Below are positions 1 to 10,399 of a stretch of 49,494 nt of DNA, piece by piece. The number at the start of each line of letters is the position of its first letter. Within the stretch, counting starts at the first letter, position 1. Where the stretch lies: NCBI GenBank assembly GCA_964652005.1, contig CAZYZL010000001.1, forward strand, positions 1-49,494, given 5' to 3'. Under the pieces are notes generated by a model. That model was given only the letters and a program-made list of their open reading frames with translations, did no database searches and had not been told where the DNA came from. This DNA comes from an uncultured Dehalococcoidales bacterium. GTDB taxonomy: Bacteria; Chloroflexota; Dehalococcoidia; Dehalococcoidales; BS750m-G39. The translations under genes were made by a program, and so were the position numbers.

Positions 1-771
1 GTCAGCCTGACGGCACTGCTTGTCTTCTGCATATGCTGTCCTCCCGGTCCGCTAGACCGAAACACGTCAACCTTCAAATCGTCAGGCCCTATCTTGACAT
101 CGACATCGGCTTCGGCTTCAGGCAAGACCTCCACCAAGGCGAAGGAAGTATGCCGAGCATGGTCAGCGTCAAAAGGAGAGAGACGAACCAGCCGGTGGAC
201 GCCGTGCTCTGACTTCAGGTAGCCACAGGCATAATCGCCATTAACCCCGATAACCACGCTCTTTACCCCCGCCTCCTCGCCCGGTGAAATATCCAGTATC
301 TCAGCCTTATAACCACGCCGCTCAGCCCAGCGCAGGTACATTCTCATCAGCATCTGCGCCCAGTCCTGGGATTCTGTGCCGCCAGCCCCGGCATGGATAG
401 ACAGAATGGCATTTCTGGCATCATACTCACCGCTAAAGGCTGCCTCCAGTTCCAGCTCATCAAGGCGAGAGGCTAACTTGTCTACCTCGGACTGAATCTC
501 TGCTTCCAGCGAGCTGTCCCCCAGGGAGATTAATTCGGCAACCTCAGCCGCCCTTTTCTCCACCTCCCGCCACCGGTTGACTACCTTCTCCTGCTCAGCC
601 AACTGGCGCATAATATGTTGCGCCTTTTCCGGTTCCAACCAGAAGTCAGGCTGGGCTGACTGCTCCTCCAGTCTTGAAATCTCCTCTTCCCTGGCGGCAA
701 TGTCAAAGATGCACCATCGCCATAGAGATTCTAGCCTGTAAATCCTCTAATCTATCCCTTAACTCCTGCAT
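1..771 (-). CDS. prfB: Peptide chain release factor 2. The N-terminal ~256 codons are in the window and the 3' end runs off the window start. Requires a programmed +1 frameshift.
   Basis: Minus-strand translation from the ATG at 771 gives MQELRDRLEDLQARISMAMVHL, then an in-frame TGA. The +1 frame continues DIAAREEEISRLEEQSAQPDFW...HAGAGGTESQDWAQMLMRMY...FRSSGPGGQHMQKTSSAVRLT, which contains the GGQ motif. The gene is absent from the ORF track because of the frameshift and the edge truncation. Confidence 0.9.
702..715 (-). promoter_or_regulatory. RF2 autoregulatory +1 frameshift site (SD-like GGTG, 3-nt spacer, CTT TGA C)
   Basis: The reverse complement of 702-715 is GGTGCATCTTTGAC. CTT is codon 22 (708-706) and TGA is at 705-703, and the reading frame continues from GAC at 704-702. 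This matches the classic CUU UGA C slippery or stop context. Confidence 0.85.
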
Positions 772-802
772 TTATCCTCACCGTAATTCTTTGATTATTT
801 TC

Positions 803-940
803 TACCTCACCCCCTTTATCCCCCTCTCCTTTCAAAAGGAGAGGGGGAAGAGATTTTAGAGAGGGGGCTTCGCCCCCTCTCTTACTTTCACTCCCCCCTT
901 CCCTTATCAAGGGAAGGGGGACAGGGGGATGGGTTACTAA
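803..940 (-). repeat. Modular three-hairpin intergenic repeat, copy A
   Basis: H1 is CCCCCTCTCC-TTTCAAAA-GGAGAGGGGG (820-847). H2 is AGAGAGGGGGC-TTC-GCCCCCTCTCT (858-882). H3 is CCCCCTTCCCTT-ATC-AAGGGAAGGGGG (894-920). The tail is ACAGGGGGATGGGTTACTAA (921-940). It is near-identical to copies at 1741-1939, 6171-6400 and, inverted, 15244-15373. Confidence 0.9.
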
Positions 941-957
941 ACAATATCTAAATTCTT

Positions 958-1680
958 CTAAACAAAAAGCCTCCCTTGATAATCTACTTCCTGGGTTAGA
1001 GCGCCCTCTTCTCTCCCCAGATTCCCCCCGGCTGCCAGATGAGCAAGGCGGGCAGGCTCGGGCAGGCGATAGCCGCGGCACAATTTTACCACCCAGTACA
1101 TTGCCGTCTCTAGGTCAATTTTATGACCGATAGAAACATAAACCGGCTTACTCCCCGGCTTGGTTCGCACTGCAGCACCGATAACCTCGCCCCTATCCAT
1201 TATCTCAGCACAGCTACCAAGCTCGTCTCCCGGCTCCTCATGACTACCACAGAGCAGCGATTTGGCACAGCCAATTGTTGGCGTATCTAGAAGGAGTCCG
1301 AGGTGAGAGGCAAGCCCGAAGCGGCGGGGGTGAGCAATCCCCTGCCCATCAACCAGGATAAGGTCAGGGGTAAGGCTGAGTCTCTGGCAAGCCGCCAAGG
1401 TTAACGGTGCCTCCCTAAAGGATAAAAGACCAGGGACATAAGGAAAATCAACCTTGCCACTTACCACCTTTGTCTCCACCAATCTAAGCTCAGGATAGTT
1501 TAACACCACTATTGCCCCACTTGCCACCCCTTGCTCTCTATTTACTGATATATCCACGCCAGCGATAAGCCTGGGATTAGCCACCTCATTACGCCGAGAA
1601 ACCTGTGATGCCAGCCTAAGCTGCAGGTCTAACGCCTGAGCCGGGCTGACCTGCCAACTATGTAAGTTACTTACCTTCAT
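958..1680 (-). CDS. nfi: Endonuclease V (deoxyinosine 3' endonuclease)
   Basis: Family-typical stretches are GVDISV...FPYVPGLLSFREAP...LILVDGQGIAHPRRFGLASHLGLLLDTPTIGCAKS...PVYVSIGHKI. I moved the start to MKVSNL (ATG at 1680), because the 29 upstream codons of the tracked ORF read through repeat copy B. There is no clear SD. Confidence 0.85.
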   Translation of the reverse strand: MKVSNLHSWQVSPAQALDLQLRLASQVSRRNEVANPRLIAGVDISVNREQGVASGAIVVLNYPELRLVETKVVSGKVDFPYVPGLLSFREAPLTLAACQRLSLTPDLILVDGQGIAHPRRFGLASHLGLLLDTPTIGCAKSLLCGSHEEPGDELGSCAEIMDRGEVIGAAVRTKPGSKPVYVSIGHKIDLETAMYWVVKLCRGYRLPEPARLAHLAAGGNLGREEGALTQEVDYQGRLFV

Positions 1681-1740
1681 AACCCGATTATAGCGACTAG
1701 ATAACCCGATGACAACTATAATTCCGAGGTTGTTTTTCAA

Positions 1741-1939
1741 CCTCACTCCCCTTGTCCCCCTCTCCACTCTTTGGAGAGGGGGAAGAGAAGAAAGAGGGAC
1801 TGACGCCCCTCTTAGACACTCTTAATCAAGTAAGCTCTCACCGAAGAAGGAGGGACTTTAGAGAGGGGCTTCGCCCCTCTCTTACTCTACTCCCCCTTCC
1901 CTTTGTAAGGGAAGGGGGTCAGGGGGATGGGTTACTAAA
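1741..1939 (-). repeat. Modular three-hairpin intergenic repeat, copy B, with an extra ~70-nt insert between H1 and H2
   Basis: H1 is CCCCCTCTCC...GGAGAGGGGG (1756-1782). H2 is AGAGAGGGGC-TTC-GCCCCTCTCT (1860-1882). H3 is CCCCCTTCCCTT...AAGGGAAGGGGG (1892-1918). The tail is TCAGGGGGATGGGTTACTAA. Confidence 0.9.
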
Positions 1940-1959
1940 TAATCTCATAATTCCAGCCA

Positions 1960-1988
1960 TTGACAGTCAGACAATTATAGCGCATAAT
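1960..1988 (+). promoter_or_regulatory. Putative sigma70-type promoter for rpsP-KH-rimM
   Basis: TTGACA (1960-1965), a 17-nt spacer, then CATAAT (1983-1988), about 25 nt upstream of the rpsP TTG start. Confidence 0.5.
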
Positions 1989-2012
1989 AACCTATAAAGA
2001 AGGCCGATAAAA

Positions 2013-2417
2013 TTGGTAAAGATTAGATTACGCCGGGTAGGAGCCAAAACAAAGCCGAGTTATCGACTAGTAGTAGCCGATGCCCGAGCCCCCCGCAACG
2101 GGGCATTTATTACCATTATTGGTCACTATAATCCCCTAACTGACCCGGAAACGATAGTTGTAGATGGAGAAAAAGCGCTAACCTGGCTCAGGCAAGGGGC
2201 TCAACCAACAACCACCGCCGCTAGATTACTAGCTAAAGCCGGGATTATCGAAGAGTCTGAGGCAAGGAAAGATAAAATGAAAGCCGGCATTACCGAAAAA
2301 CCCAAAGCAAGTAAGAAGAAAACCAAGGCTGGTGTCACCGAAAAACCCAAAGCAAGCAAGGAGAAACCCGAAGCCAGCACCACTGAAGAACCCAAAGCAA
2401 GCAAGGAGAAAACATGA
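2013..2417 (+). CDS. rpsP: 30S ribosomal protein S16 with a Lys/Glu-rich repetitive C-terminal extension
   Basis: [30 protein letters not shown]...IGHYNP is canonical S16. The start is TTG. The tail is [45 protein letters not shown]. Confidence 0.9.
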   Translation: MVKIRLRRVGAKTKPSYRLVVADARAPRNGAFITIIGHYNPLTDPETIVVDGEKALTWLRQGAQPTTTAARLLAKAGIIEESEARKDKMKAGITEKPKASKKKTKAGVTEKPKASKEKPEASTTEEPKASKEKT

Positions 2418-2641
2418 AAGAAATAGTTGAATACATCGCCAAATCAATTGTCAATTCACCTGATGATGTGGTAGTCACTGAGGAGACCGACGAACAGGGC
2501 ATAATGCTCAAGTTGCAGGTCGCTGATGAAGATAAGGGGCGGGTTATTGGCAAGCAGGGTCGCGTCGCTCAAGCCATGCGCACCTTGCTCAGGGTGAGAG
2601 CAGCTAAAGAAGGCACCAGGGTTACTCTCGAAATCCTGTGA
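2414..2641 (+). CDS. KH-domain RNA-binding protein (UPF0109 / YlqC-like)
   Basis: The GKQGR motif appears in [16 protein letters not shown]. The protein is 75 aa and occupies the conserved position between rpsP and rimM. Its ATG overlaps the rpsP stop (ATGA). Confidence 0.85.
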   Translation: MKEIVEYIAKSIVNSPDDVVVTEETDEQGIMLKLQVADEDKGRVIGKQGRVAQAMRTLLRVRAAKEGTRVTLEIL

Positions 2642-2660
2642 CCATCGCTCAGTAACAGGA

Positions 2661-3176
2661 ATGATATCGCCAGGGCTGGAATTTATCACTATTGGCCAAG
2701 TCCTAGCCCCGTGGGGTATTAAGGGTAAGGTAAGGGTTGAGGTAGTAACCGATTTCCCCCAGCGCTTCGCCCCCAGTTCTCAGATTTACATTAACCGAAA
2801 GCCGATGACTATTGCCAGCACCCAGTGGCATAAAGGCAAAGCAATAGTCAAGCTAGACACCATTGATAGCATTGAACAGGCGGAAAAGCTCCAGGGGCAA
2901 ACGATAGAAATACACCATAGCCAGCTTCAGCCTCTGCCTGAAGGGCAATACTACCACTTTCAACTCATCGGGCTGGAGGTATGGACAACTCAGGGGGAAC
3001 TACTGGGAAAAATTAGCCAAATTCTAACCGCAGAGAGCAATGATAACTACGCAGTCCACGGAGCCAAAGGAGAGATTCTTATTCCAGCCATTGAGGATAT
3101 AGTAAAGTCGGTTGACCTTGATAACGGGCGGATAACTATTGAAGCTATAGATGGGCTACTGAGCTTAAACCGTTAG
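2661..3176 (+). CDS. rimM: 16S rRNA processing protein RimM
   Basis: [28 protein letters not shown] is a RimM N-terminal signature, followed by a PRC-barrel-like C-terminus. Synteny with rpsP supports the call. Confidence 0.85.
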   Translation: MISPGLEFITIGQVLAPWGIKGKVRVEVVTDFPQRFAPSSQIYINRKPMTIASTQWHKGKAIVKLDTIDSIEQAEKLQGQTIEIHHSQLQPLPEGQYYHFQLIGLEVWTTQGELLGKISQILTAESNDNYAVHGAKGEILIPAIEDIVKSVDLDNGRITIEAIDGLLSLNR

Positions 3177-3604
3177 CCAGGTTGGCCCCCCGGCTTCCTT
3201 TTTCGCCTCCTCTCCACCACCTTAAGGCGGGCAAGGGAGCGTCGCAGTGCTGCCTCAGCCTGGGCTGCATTCACCTCGGGGGGATGTTGTCTAAGTAGCT
3301 CCTCAGCCCGGCGCTTTGCCGCCTCAGCTCGAGCTATATCAATCTCCTCAGCCCTCTCAGCAGCATCAGCCAGAACTATAATCCGGTCAGGACGCACCTC
3401 AAGAAAGCCCCCGGAAATGGCTAGGGAGAACTCCTCCCCACCCTTCCTCGCCCGCAGCTCACCGGGCTGTAACATGGTCATCAGAGGGGCATGATGGGGC
3501 AGGATTCCCAGCTGACCTTCAACCCCGGGAGCAACCACCACATCCACATCCTCGGAGAAAACTACCCCCTCCGCAGTAACAATATCAAGCCTTGTTGTAG
3601 CCAT
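3173..3604 (-). CDS. atpC: F1 ATP synthase subunit epsilon
   Basis: The N-terminus [40 protein letters not shown] is family-typical, and the gene lies downstream of atpD. Confidence 0.9.
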   Translation of the reverse strand: MATTRLDIVTAEGVVFSEDVDVVVAPGVEGQLGILPHHAPLMTMLQPGELRARKGGEEFSLAISGGFLEVRPDRIIVLADAAERAEEIDIARAEAAKRRAEELLRQHPPEVNAAQAEAALRRSLARLKVVERRRKRKPGGQPG

Positions 3605-3615
3605 TGACCCTAAAC

Positions 3616-5293
<1,678 letters not shown>

Positions 5294-5311
5294 GGGTAAA
5301 ACCTCCTTCGT

Positions 5312-6169
5312 TTAAGCTAGAGCCGCGGCTCCGCCGGTAATGTCCAAGAGTTCTTTGGTTATTGACTCCTGCCGTGCTTTATTATACATCAGAGTCAGCT
5401 CTTCAATAAGCTCGCTAGCATTATCAGTGGCATTGCGCATTGCCACCTTCCTGGCTGACTGCTCACTGGCAATGGATTCCAGAATAGCATGATATACCTG
5501 CATCTCAACAAATCGGGGTAGAAGCCCACCCAATACTGACGTCGGTTCTGGCTCATATATATAGTCTACATTCTGCGCCTGGGGTATCTCTGCCGGTTCA
5601 ACAGGAAGTATCTGCTGTATAATTGGTCTCTGCACCATAGTGGAAATAAACTGAGCATAAACCAGATAGACCAAGTCAATAATCCCGTTGGTGTAGTCGT
5701 CAATAATGATACGGGATATAGGCAGCGTATCCAGCAAGCTAGGTCGGTCGCCAAGCCCGGTAAAATCAGCCCGAATGTCCCGACCATATCGCCTCATAAA
5801 ATCCCTCCCCTTGCGACCGACGGTAATAAGGGTAACCGATACACTCTGCTCCAGGATAAAGCTGGCTGTCCTGCGGTTCAGGCTGGCATTAAGCCCACCA
5901 CACAGCCCACGGTCAGGGGTGATATGGACTATGGCGATTTTGGTCACCGGTCGGCGCTGCAACAGCGGATGCAGTGCTTCACCTTCCCTGGGCAAAGCCG
6001 CCAGGTCAGCCAGCACCTGGCGAATCTTCTCAGAATAAGGTCGCCCCGCCAGGCTACGCTCCTGAGCCCGCCTCATCTTTGAGGTGGCAATCATCTCCAT
6101 CGCCCGGGTAATCTTGGCGGTAGATTGAATGCCCCGTATTCGGCGGCGAATCAGGCGAATATTAGCCAA
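5312..6169 (-). CDS. atpG: F1 ATP synthase subunit gamma
   Basis: The N-terminus ANIRLIRRRIRGIQSTAKITRAMEMIATSKMRRAQ and the C-terminus ARQESITKELLDITGGAAAL are canonical. The start is TTG. Confidence 0.95.
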   Translation of the reverse strand: MANIRLIRRRIRGIQSTAKITRAMEMIATSKMRRAQERSLAGRPYSEKIRQVLADLAALPREGEALHPLLQRRPVTKIAIVHITPDRGLCGGLNASLNRRTASFILEQSVSVTLITVGRKGRDFMRRYGRDIRADFTGLGDRPSLLDTLPISRIIIDDYTNGIIDLVYLVYAQFISTMVQRPIIQQILPVEPAEIPQAQNVDYIYEPEPTSVLGGLLPRFVEMQVYHAILESIASEQSARKVAMRNATDNASELIEELTLMYNKARQESITKELLDITGGAAALA

Positions 6170-6170
6170 T

Positions 6171-6400
6171 CTCTGACCTCACCCCCTTTATCCCCTCTCC
6201 TTGGCAAGGAGAGGGGAAACTGGTTTTGGGAAGAAGGGTTTCACCCTTCTTAAACTACCCGTATTTAGTTTTGCCTTGCTCCTTAACTATTCCCTCCCAT
6301 CGGGAGAGTTTTAGAGAGGCGAAGCCTCTCTAACTATTCCCCCCTTCCCCTTGGCAAGGGGAAGGGGATAGGGTTACTATTAAACAGGGGCGAAGCCCCT
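6171..6400 (-). repeat. Modular three-hairpin intergenic repeat, copy C, inside the atp operon between atpA and atpG
   Basis: H1 is CCCCTCTCCTT-GGC-AAGGAGAGGGG (6192-6216). H2 is TAGAGAGGC-GAA-GCCTCTCTA (6312-6332). H3 is CCCCTTCCCCTT-GGC-AAGGGGAAGGGG (6341-6367). The tail is ATAGGGTTACTAT. Extra small hairpins are GAAGAAGGGTTTCACCCTTCTT and AGGGGCGAAGCCCCT. Confidence 0.9.
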
Positions 6401-6422
6401 TCAATCTTCCCCACCACCCTAA

Positions 6423-7943
6423 TTAGTAGGTCATCCCCTGCTTGAACTCTAAAATTGCCGCTTTTAATTTCTCCTCAGTCTCAGCACTAATCTCTTTTTT
6501 GCTAGCAATGGACTGACCTATCTCAGGGTGATTTGCCTCCATAGACCGGTGGAAGTTAGCCTCAAAGGCAGTGACCTTATCCATCGGTATATCATCAAGA
6601 TAACCGTTGATAGCCACATACAAAATCATAACCTGCTTTTCCAACGGCATCGGGACATACTGAGGTTGCTTTAAGATTTCAGTGATTCGCTGACCACGCT
6701 CAAGCTGGGCTCTGGTTGACTTATCCAGCTCACTAGTGCCAAATTGAGCAAAGGCAGCCAGCTCCCGGTATTGAGCCAGCTCCAGTCTCAGTCTGCCTGC
6801 CACCTGTTTCATCGCCTTGGTCTGGGCGGCGCTGCCAACCCGAGATACTGATAAACCTACGTTCAGCGCTGGCCTGATACCGGCATTAAATAGGTCGGTT
6901 TCTAGATAAATCTGACCATCAGTAATAGAGATAACATTAGTCGGGATATAGGCAGCTACATCACCAGCCTGCGTTTCGATGATAGGCAGAGCACTAAGAG
7001 AGCCACCGCCATATTCAGGGGCATACTTAGCTGCCCGCTCAAGCAAGCGACTGTGGAGATAGAAAACATCACCGGGGTAAGCCTCTCGGCCTGGGGGGCG
7101 GCGCAGCAACAGGGAAAGCTGCCGATACGCCCAGCCATGCTTGGAAAGGTCGTCGTAGACAACCAGAGCATCCCTTCCCCCCTCCATGAACTCCTCACCC
7201 ATAGCGCAGCCGGCATAAGGAGCAAGATATTGCATGGCAACCGAGTCGGAGGCATTAGCCACTACCACTATGGTATGCTCCATAGCCCCATGAGCCTCTA
7301 GAGTGGCGACTACTCGTGCCACCTTGGAGGTTTTCTGACCAATGGCGACATAGATACAGGTTAAGTCGCCACCCTTTTGGTTGATAATGGTATCAAGGGC
7401 AATAGCCGTCTTGCCCGTTGACCGGTCACCGATAATAAGCTCTCTCTGCCCCCGACCTATAGGAATCATACTATCTATAGCCTTGATACCGGTTTGCACC
7501 GGGGTATCCACCGGCTTACGTAAGGTAACATTGGGAGCCACCCGCTCCACGGGTCGGGTCTTATCAGTCTTTATCAGACCCTTGCCATCCAGGGGTTGAC
7601 CGAGGGAATCAACTACCCTGCCGATAAGCGCTTCGCCCACTGGCACCTCGGCAATCCGCCCAGTGCACCGCACCTCGTCCCCTTCCTTAACGCTGGTGTA
7701 ATCGCCGAGGACAACAGCGGCAACACTATCCTCTTCCAGGTTCAGGGTAATCCCCATGACCTCATGGGGAAATTGAAGTAGCTCATTATACTCGGCGGCG
7801 GCTAGACCGTGAATCCGGGCAATACCATCGCCAATCTCAATCACGGTGCCAACATCGACCATGGTCAACGCTGCACCAAACTGCTCAATCTGCTGCTTGA
7901 TAACAGAAACAATGTCTTGCCCTCTGGTTGTCACTTGAGCCAC
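6423..7943 (-). CDS. atpA: F1 ATP synthase subunit alpha
   Basis: Walker [10 protein letters not shown] is present. The protein is 506 aa and alpha-typical throughout. Confidence 0.97.
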   Translation of the reverse strand: MAQVTTRGQDIVSVIKQQIEQFGAALTMVDVGTVIEIGDGIARIHGLAAAEYNELLQFPHEVMGITLNLEEDSVAAVVLGDYTSVKEGDEVRCTGRIAEVPVGEALIGRVVDSLGQPLDGKGLIKTDKTRPVERVAPNVTLRKPVDTPVQTGIKAIDSMIPIGRGQRELIIGDRSTGKTAIALDTIINQKGGDLTCIYVAIGQKTSKVARVVATLEAHGAMEHTIVVVANASDSVAMQYLAPYAGCAMGEEFMEGGRDALVVYDDLSKHGWAYRQLSLLLRRPPGREAYPGDVFYLHSRLLERAAKYAPEYGGGSLSALPIIETQAGDVAAYIPTNVISITDGQIYLETDLFNAGIRPALNVGLSVSRVGSAAQTKAMKQVAGRLRLELAQYRELAAFAQFGTSELDKSTRAQLERGQRITEILKQPQYVPMPLEKQVMILYVAINGYLDDIPMDKVTAFEANFHRSMEANHPEIGQSIASKKEISAETEEKLKAAILEFKQGMTY

Positions 7944-7959
7944 CTCCTTACCAGCCTAT

Positions 7960-8502
7960 TCATCTTACCTCCCTACTAGCCAGCGTCTTCTTTAGCACCA
8001 TCAATTTACTATGGGTACTACCGTCCACCAGCTTGCCACCAATCCTAGCTATAATCCCACCTACCACATTGGGGTCCACCTCTGGCTTGACCACCACCTT
8101 CTTGCCGACCACAGCCCCGAGAAGCTGCTCCAACCTCTGCCTATCTTTACCATCAAGCTCAATGGCGGTAGTAACCTCAGCCTGCTCTATACCGCGATAA
8201 CTATCCAATAAACGCTGATACTCATCAGCAATATCACCCACCAGGCTCAATCTGCCTCTGGTCACTAATAAATAAACCAGATTCAATGCTACAGGGTTTA
8301 TATCACCCAGCCACCCAGATAAAAGTCTTGCCTTATCCTCAAAATGAATCTTGGGGTTTTCTAGCAGAGCAATAAATGGAGCATCCTCAGCCAGAGTGGC
8401 AATCTTTCTCAGGTCAGACTGCCATCTATCTAACTCATTTCTCTCCAGGGCAATGTTGAACACTGCCTGGGAATAGCGCCTGGCGTAAATCCTTCTTGCC
8501 AC
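7960..8502 (-). CDS. atpH: F1 ATP synthase subunit delta (OSCP)
   Basis: A 180-aa protein in the operon position between atpF and atpA, with an OSCP-like C-terminus IIARIGGKLVDGSTHSKL. Confidence 0.85.
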   Translation of the reverse strand: MARRIYARRYSQAVFNIALERNELDRWQSDLRKIATLAEDAPFIALLENPKIHFEDKARLLSGWLGDINPVALNLVYLLVTRGRLSLVGDIADEYQRLLDSYRGIEQAEVTTAIELDGKDRQRLEQLLGAVVGKKVVVKPEVDPNVVGGIIARIGGKLVDGSTHSKLMVLKKTLASREVR

Positions 8503-8507
8503 GATAG

Positions 8508-9017
8508 CTAACCCTTCTTCAGGGTTTTGCTCTCCTCCAGCACCTTATCAATAATCTGGCGGTGAGCTTTCTTATCCAAAGACCGGTCAATCACCTTCTC
8601 CGCCGCCATTATAGTTATGTCGGCAAACTCCTTACGCAACTCATCAATAGCTTCGTCTCGCTCCCTCTGAATCTCAGCCTGTGCCCTAGCAATGAGGGCT
8701 TCGGCTTCCTGCTTGGCTTGCTGCTGTGCCCCTTGTCTAATCTCCTCCCCGGTTCGCAGCGCCCGGGCTATCGCTTCCTGCCCCTCTTTAGCCGCAGCCT
8801 CAATCCGTTTGGCCGCCTCCTCCTCAGCCCTTCCCGCCTGCTGCTTAATATATTCTGTCCGCTCCATGCTTTCCTTAATCTTCCTGGAGCGCTCATCCAG
8901 CATCCTCATAATTGGCTTATAGGCAACGAGATACAAAAGCCCAAAAAGAACGATAAAATTTATAATCTGTGCCAGCAGCACTGGCATATTTATACCGAGA
9001 TTTGCCAGCCCTCCCAT
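8508..9017 (-). CDS. atpF: Fo ATP synthase subunit b
   Basis: One N-terminal TM segment (VLLAQIINFIVLFGLLYLVAY) followed by a long charged helix. I prefer the ATG at 9017 (SD GGGGG 5 nt upstream) over the tracked GTG at 9023. Confidence 0.85.
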   Translation of the reverse strand: MGGLANLGINMPVLLAQIINFIVLFGLLYLVAYKPIMRMLDERSRKIKESMERTEYIKQQAGRAEEEAAKRIEAAAKEGQEAIARALRTGEEIRQGAQQQAKQEAEALIARAQAEIQRERDEAIDELRKEFADITIMAAEKVIDRSLDKKAHRQIIDKVLEESKTLKKG

Positions 9018-9040
9018 TTTCACCCCCTGACCTGAATTGA

Positions 9041-9160
9041 CTAAGGCATACTAATGCCAAAAAGCATCGCCGCAACTACTGACCCAATAAGAAATGTTGC
9101 GCCCAAAATTACTATTGAAAGGAAAATCGCTATAGATAGAGGTATACCATCTTGTCCCAT
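9041..9160 (-). CDS. Candidate 39-aa single-TM membrane peptide between atpE and atpF, below the ORF-track size cutoff
   Basis: The reverse complement reads ATG GGA CAA ... CCT TAG, giving MGQDGIPLSIAIFLSIVILGATFLIGSVVAAMLFGISMP. An SD AAGGAGAG lies 7 nt upstream of the ATG. The ORF fills the atpE-atpF gap almost exactly (atpE stop at 9180, atpF start at 9017). Confidence 0.5.
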   Translation of the reverse strand: MGQDGIPLSIAIFLSIVILGATFLIGSVVAAMLFGISMP

Positions 9161-9179
9161 GATTTCTCTCCTTTTATCC

Positions 9180-9413
9180 CTACTGTACAATCATAGCCAG
9201 AATTATGGCTATAATCAGGGCATAAATGCCGATAGCCTCAGCAAAGGCAGTAACCAGAATCATGTTGGTCATTATCGGACCACTTGCCTCAGGGTTGCGG
9301 GCTAACCCCTGTAACGCCGAATAGCCGATAAGTCCGATAGCCAAAGCTGGTCCCAATAACCCCAGACTACCTACCAATCCTACCGCCAACAATTTCATTA
9401 CTTCTGGTTCCAT
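9180..9413 (-). CDS. atpE: Fo ATP synthase subunit c
   Basis: A 77-aa hairpin proteolipid with the GLARNPE loop and a carboxylate in AFAEAIGIYAL. Confidence 0.95.
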   Translation of the reverse strand: MEPEVMKLLAVGLVGSLGLLGPALAIGLIGYSALQGLARNPEASGPIMTNMILVTAFAEAIGIYALIIAIILAMIVQ

Positions 9414-9439
9414 TTTTCTCCCCCCTTTCTTAGTTTATG

Positions 9440-10399
9440 TTAAGTTGCCTCGGCTCCATGATGAGCGACAGCAACGGTAAGGAATACCAGAGTTAAGCCA
9501 CCAAAGATGAGAGCCTGAACAAAGCCAACCAGTAACTCCAGCCCGTAAAAGGGCAAGGCAAATATCCAGGGAATGAGGAATATCGATATCAAAAGCAATA
9601 TCTCGCCAGCGGTCATATTGCCAAAAAGACGGAAGGTAAAGCTAACAATACGCACCAGTTCGCTCAGCGCTTCTAAAAAACCAACAAAAATATTGATGAC
9701 CCCGGTGATTAACCCGCCCAAGCCAGCCCGAAGCCTGCCTCTAAATATCTGACCCACACTCCGGAAAAACGGACCAACATTAATGAACTTACCCAGGTAA
9801 CGAATGCCCCCTCCCCGTCTTAAGCCAAAGAACTCAACGAAGACAAAGGACATAAGAGCCAGCGCCAGAGGCATATTAATATCGGTGTTGGCACCCCGCA
9901 GTAGATGCATCTCGCCCTCGGCTGTTTCCACGGTTATTGAACCAAACCCGGGAAGTAAGCTCAGCCAGGCATTAAAGGCAACAAAGAGAAAAATAGTCGC
10001 CACCACCGGGAAGAAGCGGCGCCCATTTTCCTCTCCGGCAACACTCTGGCAGAAGTTATATAGCCAGCCAAGGAAAGCTTCAAACAGGCTTTGCAATCTG
10101 GAGGGGATGAGCTTCATCCGACGGCTAATGGCGTAGGAAAATCCCACCAGGAAGATAATAGTAAGCCAGGCACCGATAATGCTATTAGTAATGGGAAAGC
10201 CAAACAGATGGAAGACCACCTCAGGAGGAAGCTTGGGGGCGGGGCGGGGGCCAGCCAGCCAGGCAGGCAACCCCAAATCACCAAGCATGCTCTTACCCAA
10301 GGGACCAATAACAAAACCGGCTACAAAGAGAACAACAAAGACAAGCAAAACCCCAATTATGATAGGAAAGGAACAACCCAGGCAGCCCCGCTTAGGCAC
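9440..10399 (-). CDS. atpB: Fo ATP synthase subunit a
   Basis: A polytopic membrane protein with the conserved Arg region SFTFRLFGNMTAGE. The start is GTG and overlaps the upstream stop. Confidence 0.92.
   Translation of the reverse strand: MPKRGCLGCSFPIIIGVLLVFVVLFVAGFVIGPLGKSMLGDLGLPAWLAGPRPAPKLPPEVVFHLFGFPITNSIIGAWLTIIFLVGFSYAISRRMKLIPSRLQSLFEAFLGWLYNFCQSVAGEENGRRFFPVVATIFLFVAFNAWLSLLPGFGSITVETAEGEMHLLRGANTDINMPLALALMSFVFVEFFGLRRGGGIRYLGKFINVGPFFRSVGQIFRGRLRAGLGGLITGVINIFVGFLEALSELVRIVSFTFRLFGNMTAGEILLLISIFLIPWIFALPFYGLELLVGFVQALIFGGLTLVFLTVAVAHHGAEAT

Noticed and set aside
803-940. Possibility that the clustered palindromic repeats are a CRISPR array
   Set aside because: The modules differ in sequence from one another, are contiguous rather than separated by unique spacers of constant length, and occur as dispersed single units. 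No cas genes are present.
674-1081. Tracked ORFs 674-859 (+) and 752-1081 (-) with Pro/Gly/Glu-rich translations
   Set aside because: They are read-throughs of repeat copy A (hairpin modules translate as PLSPFIPLSF..., GEGDKGGE...). They overlap prfB and nfi and have no SD. The same applies to 1752-1997 (+) over copy B and 15270-15464 (-) over copy D.
1681-1767. N-terminal 29-codon extension of nfi in the ORF track (MERGTRGVRLKNN...)
   Set aside because: The extension is encoded by repeat copy B. The conserved endonuclease V sequence begins after the internal Met at 1680. Similar spurious extensions were trimmed for serA (33575-33688), citD (44150-44191), the BFN protein (11652-11681) and the aminotransferase (24462-24500).
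8562-9035. 157-aa + strand ORF antisense to atpF. Similar long antisense ORFs occur at 9804-10136, 10091-10508, 17099-17530, 20834-21226, 24837-25229, 27597-28034, 46808-47590 (260 aa) and 48461-49090 (209 aa).
   Set aside because: All of them lie fully inside, and antisense to, confidently identified genes. They have low-complexity Ser/Pro/Leu/Arg-rich translations and lack SD motifs, so they look like typical shadow ORFs.
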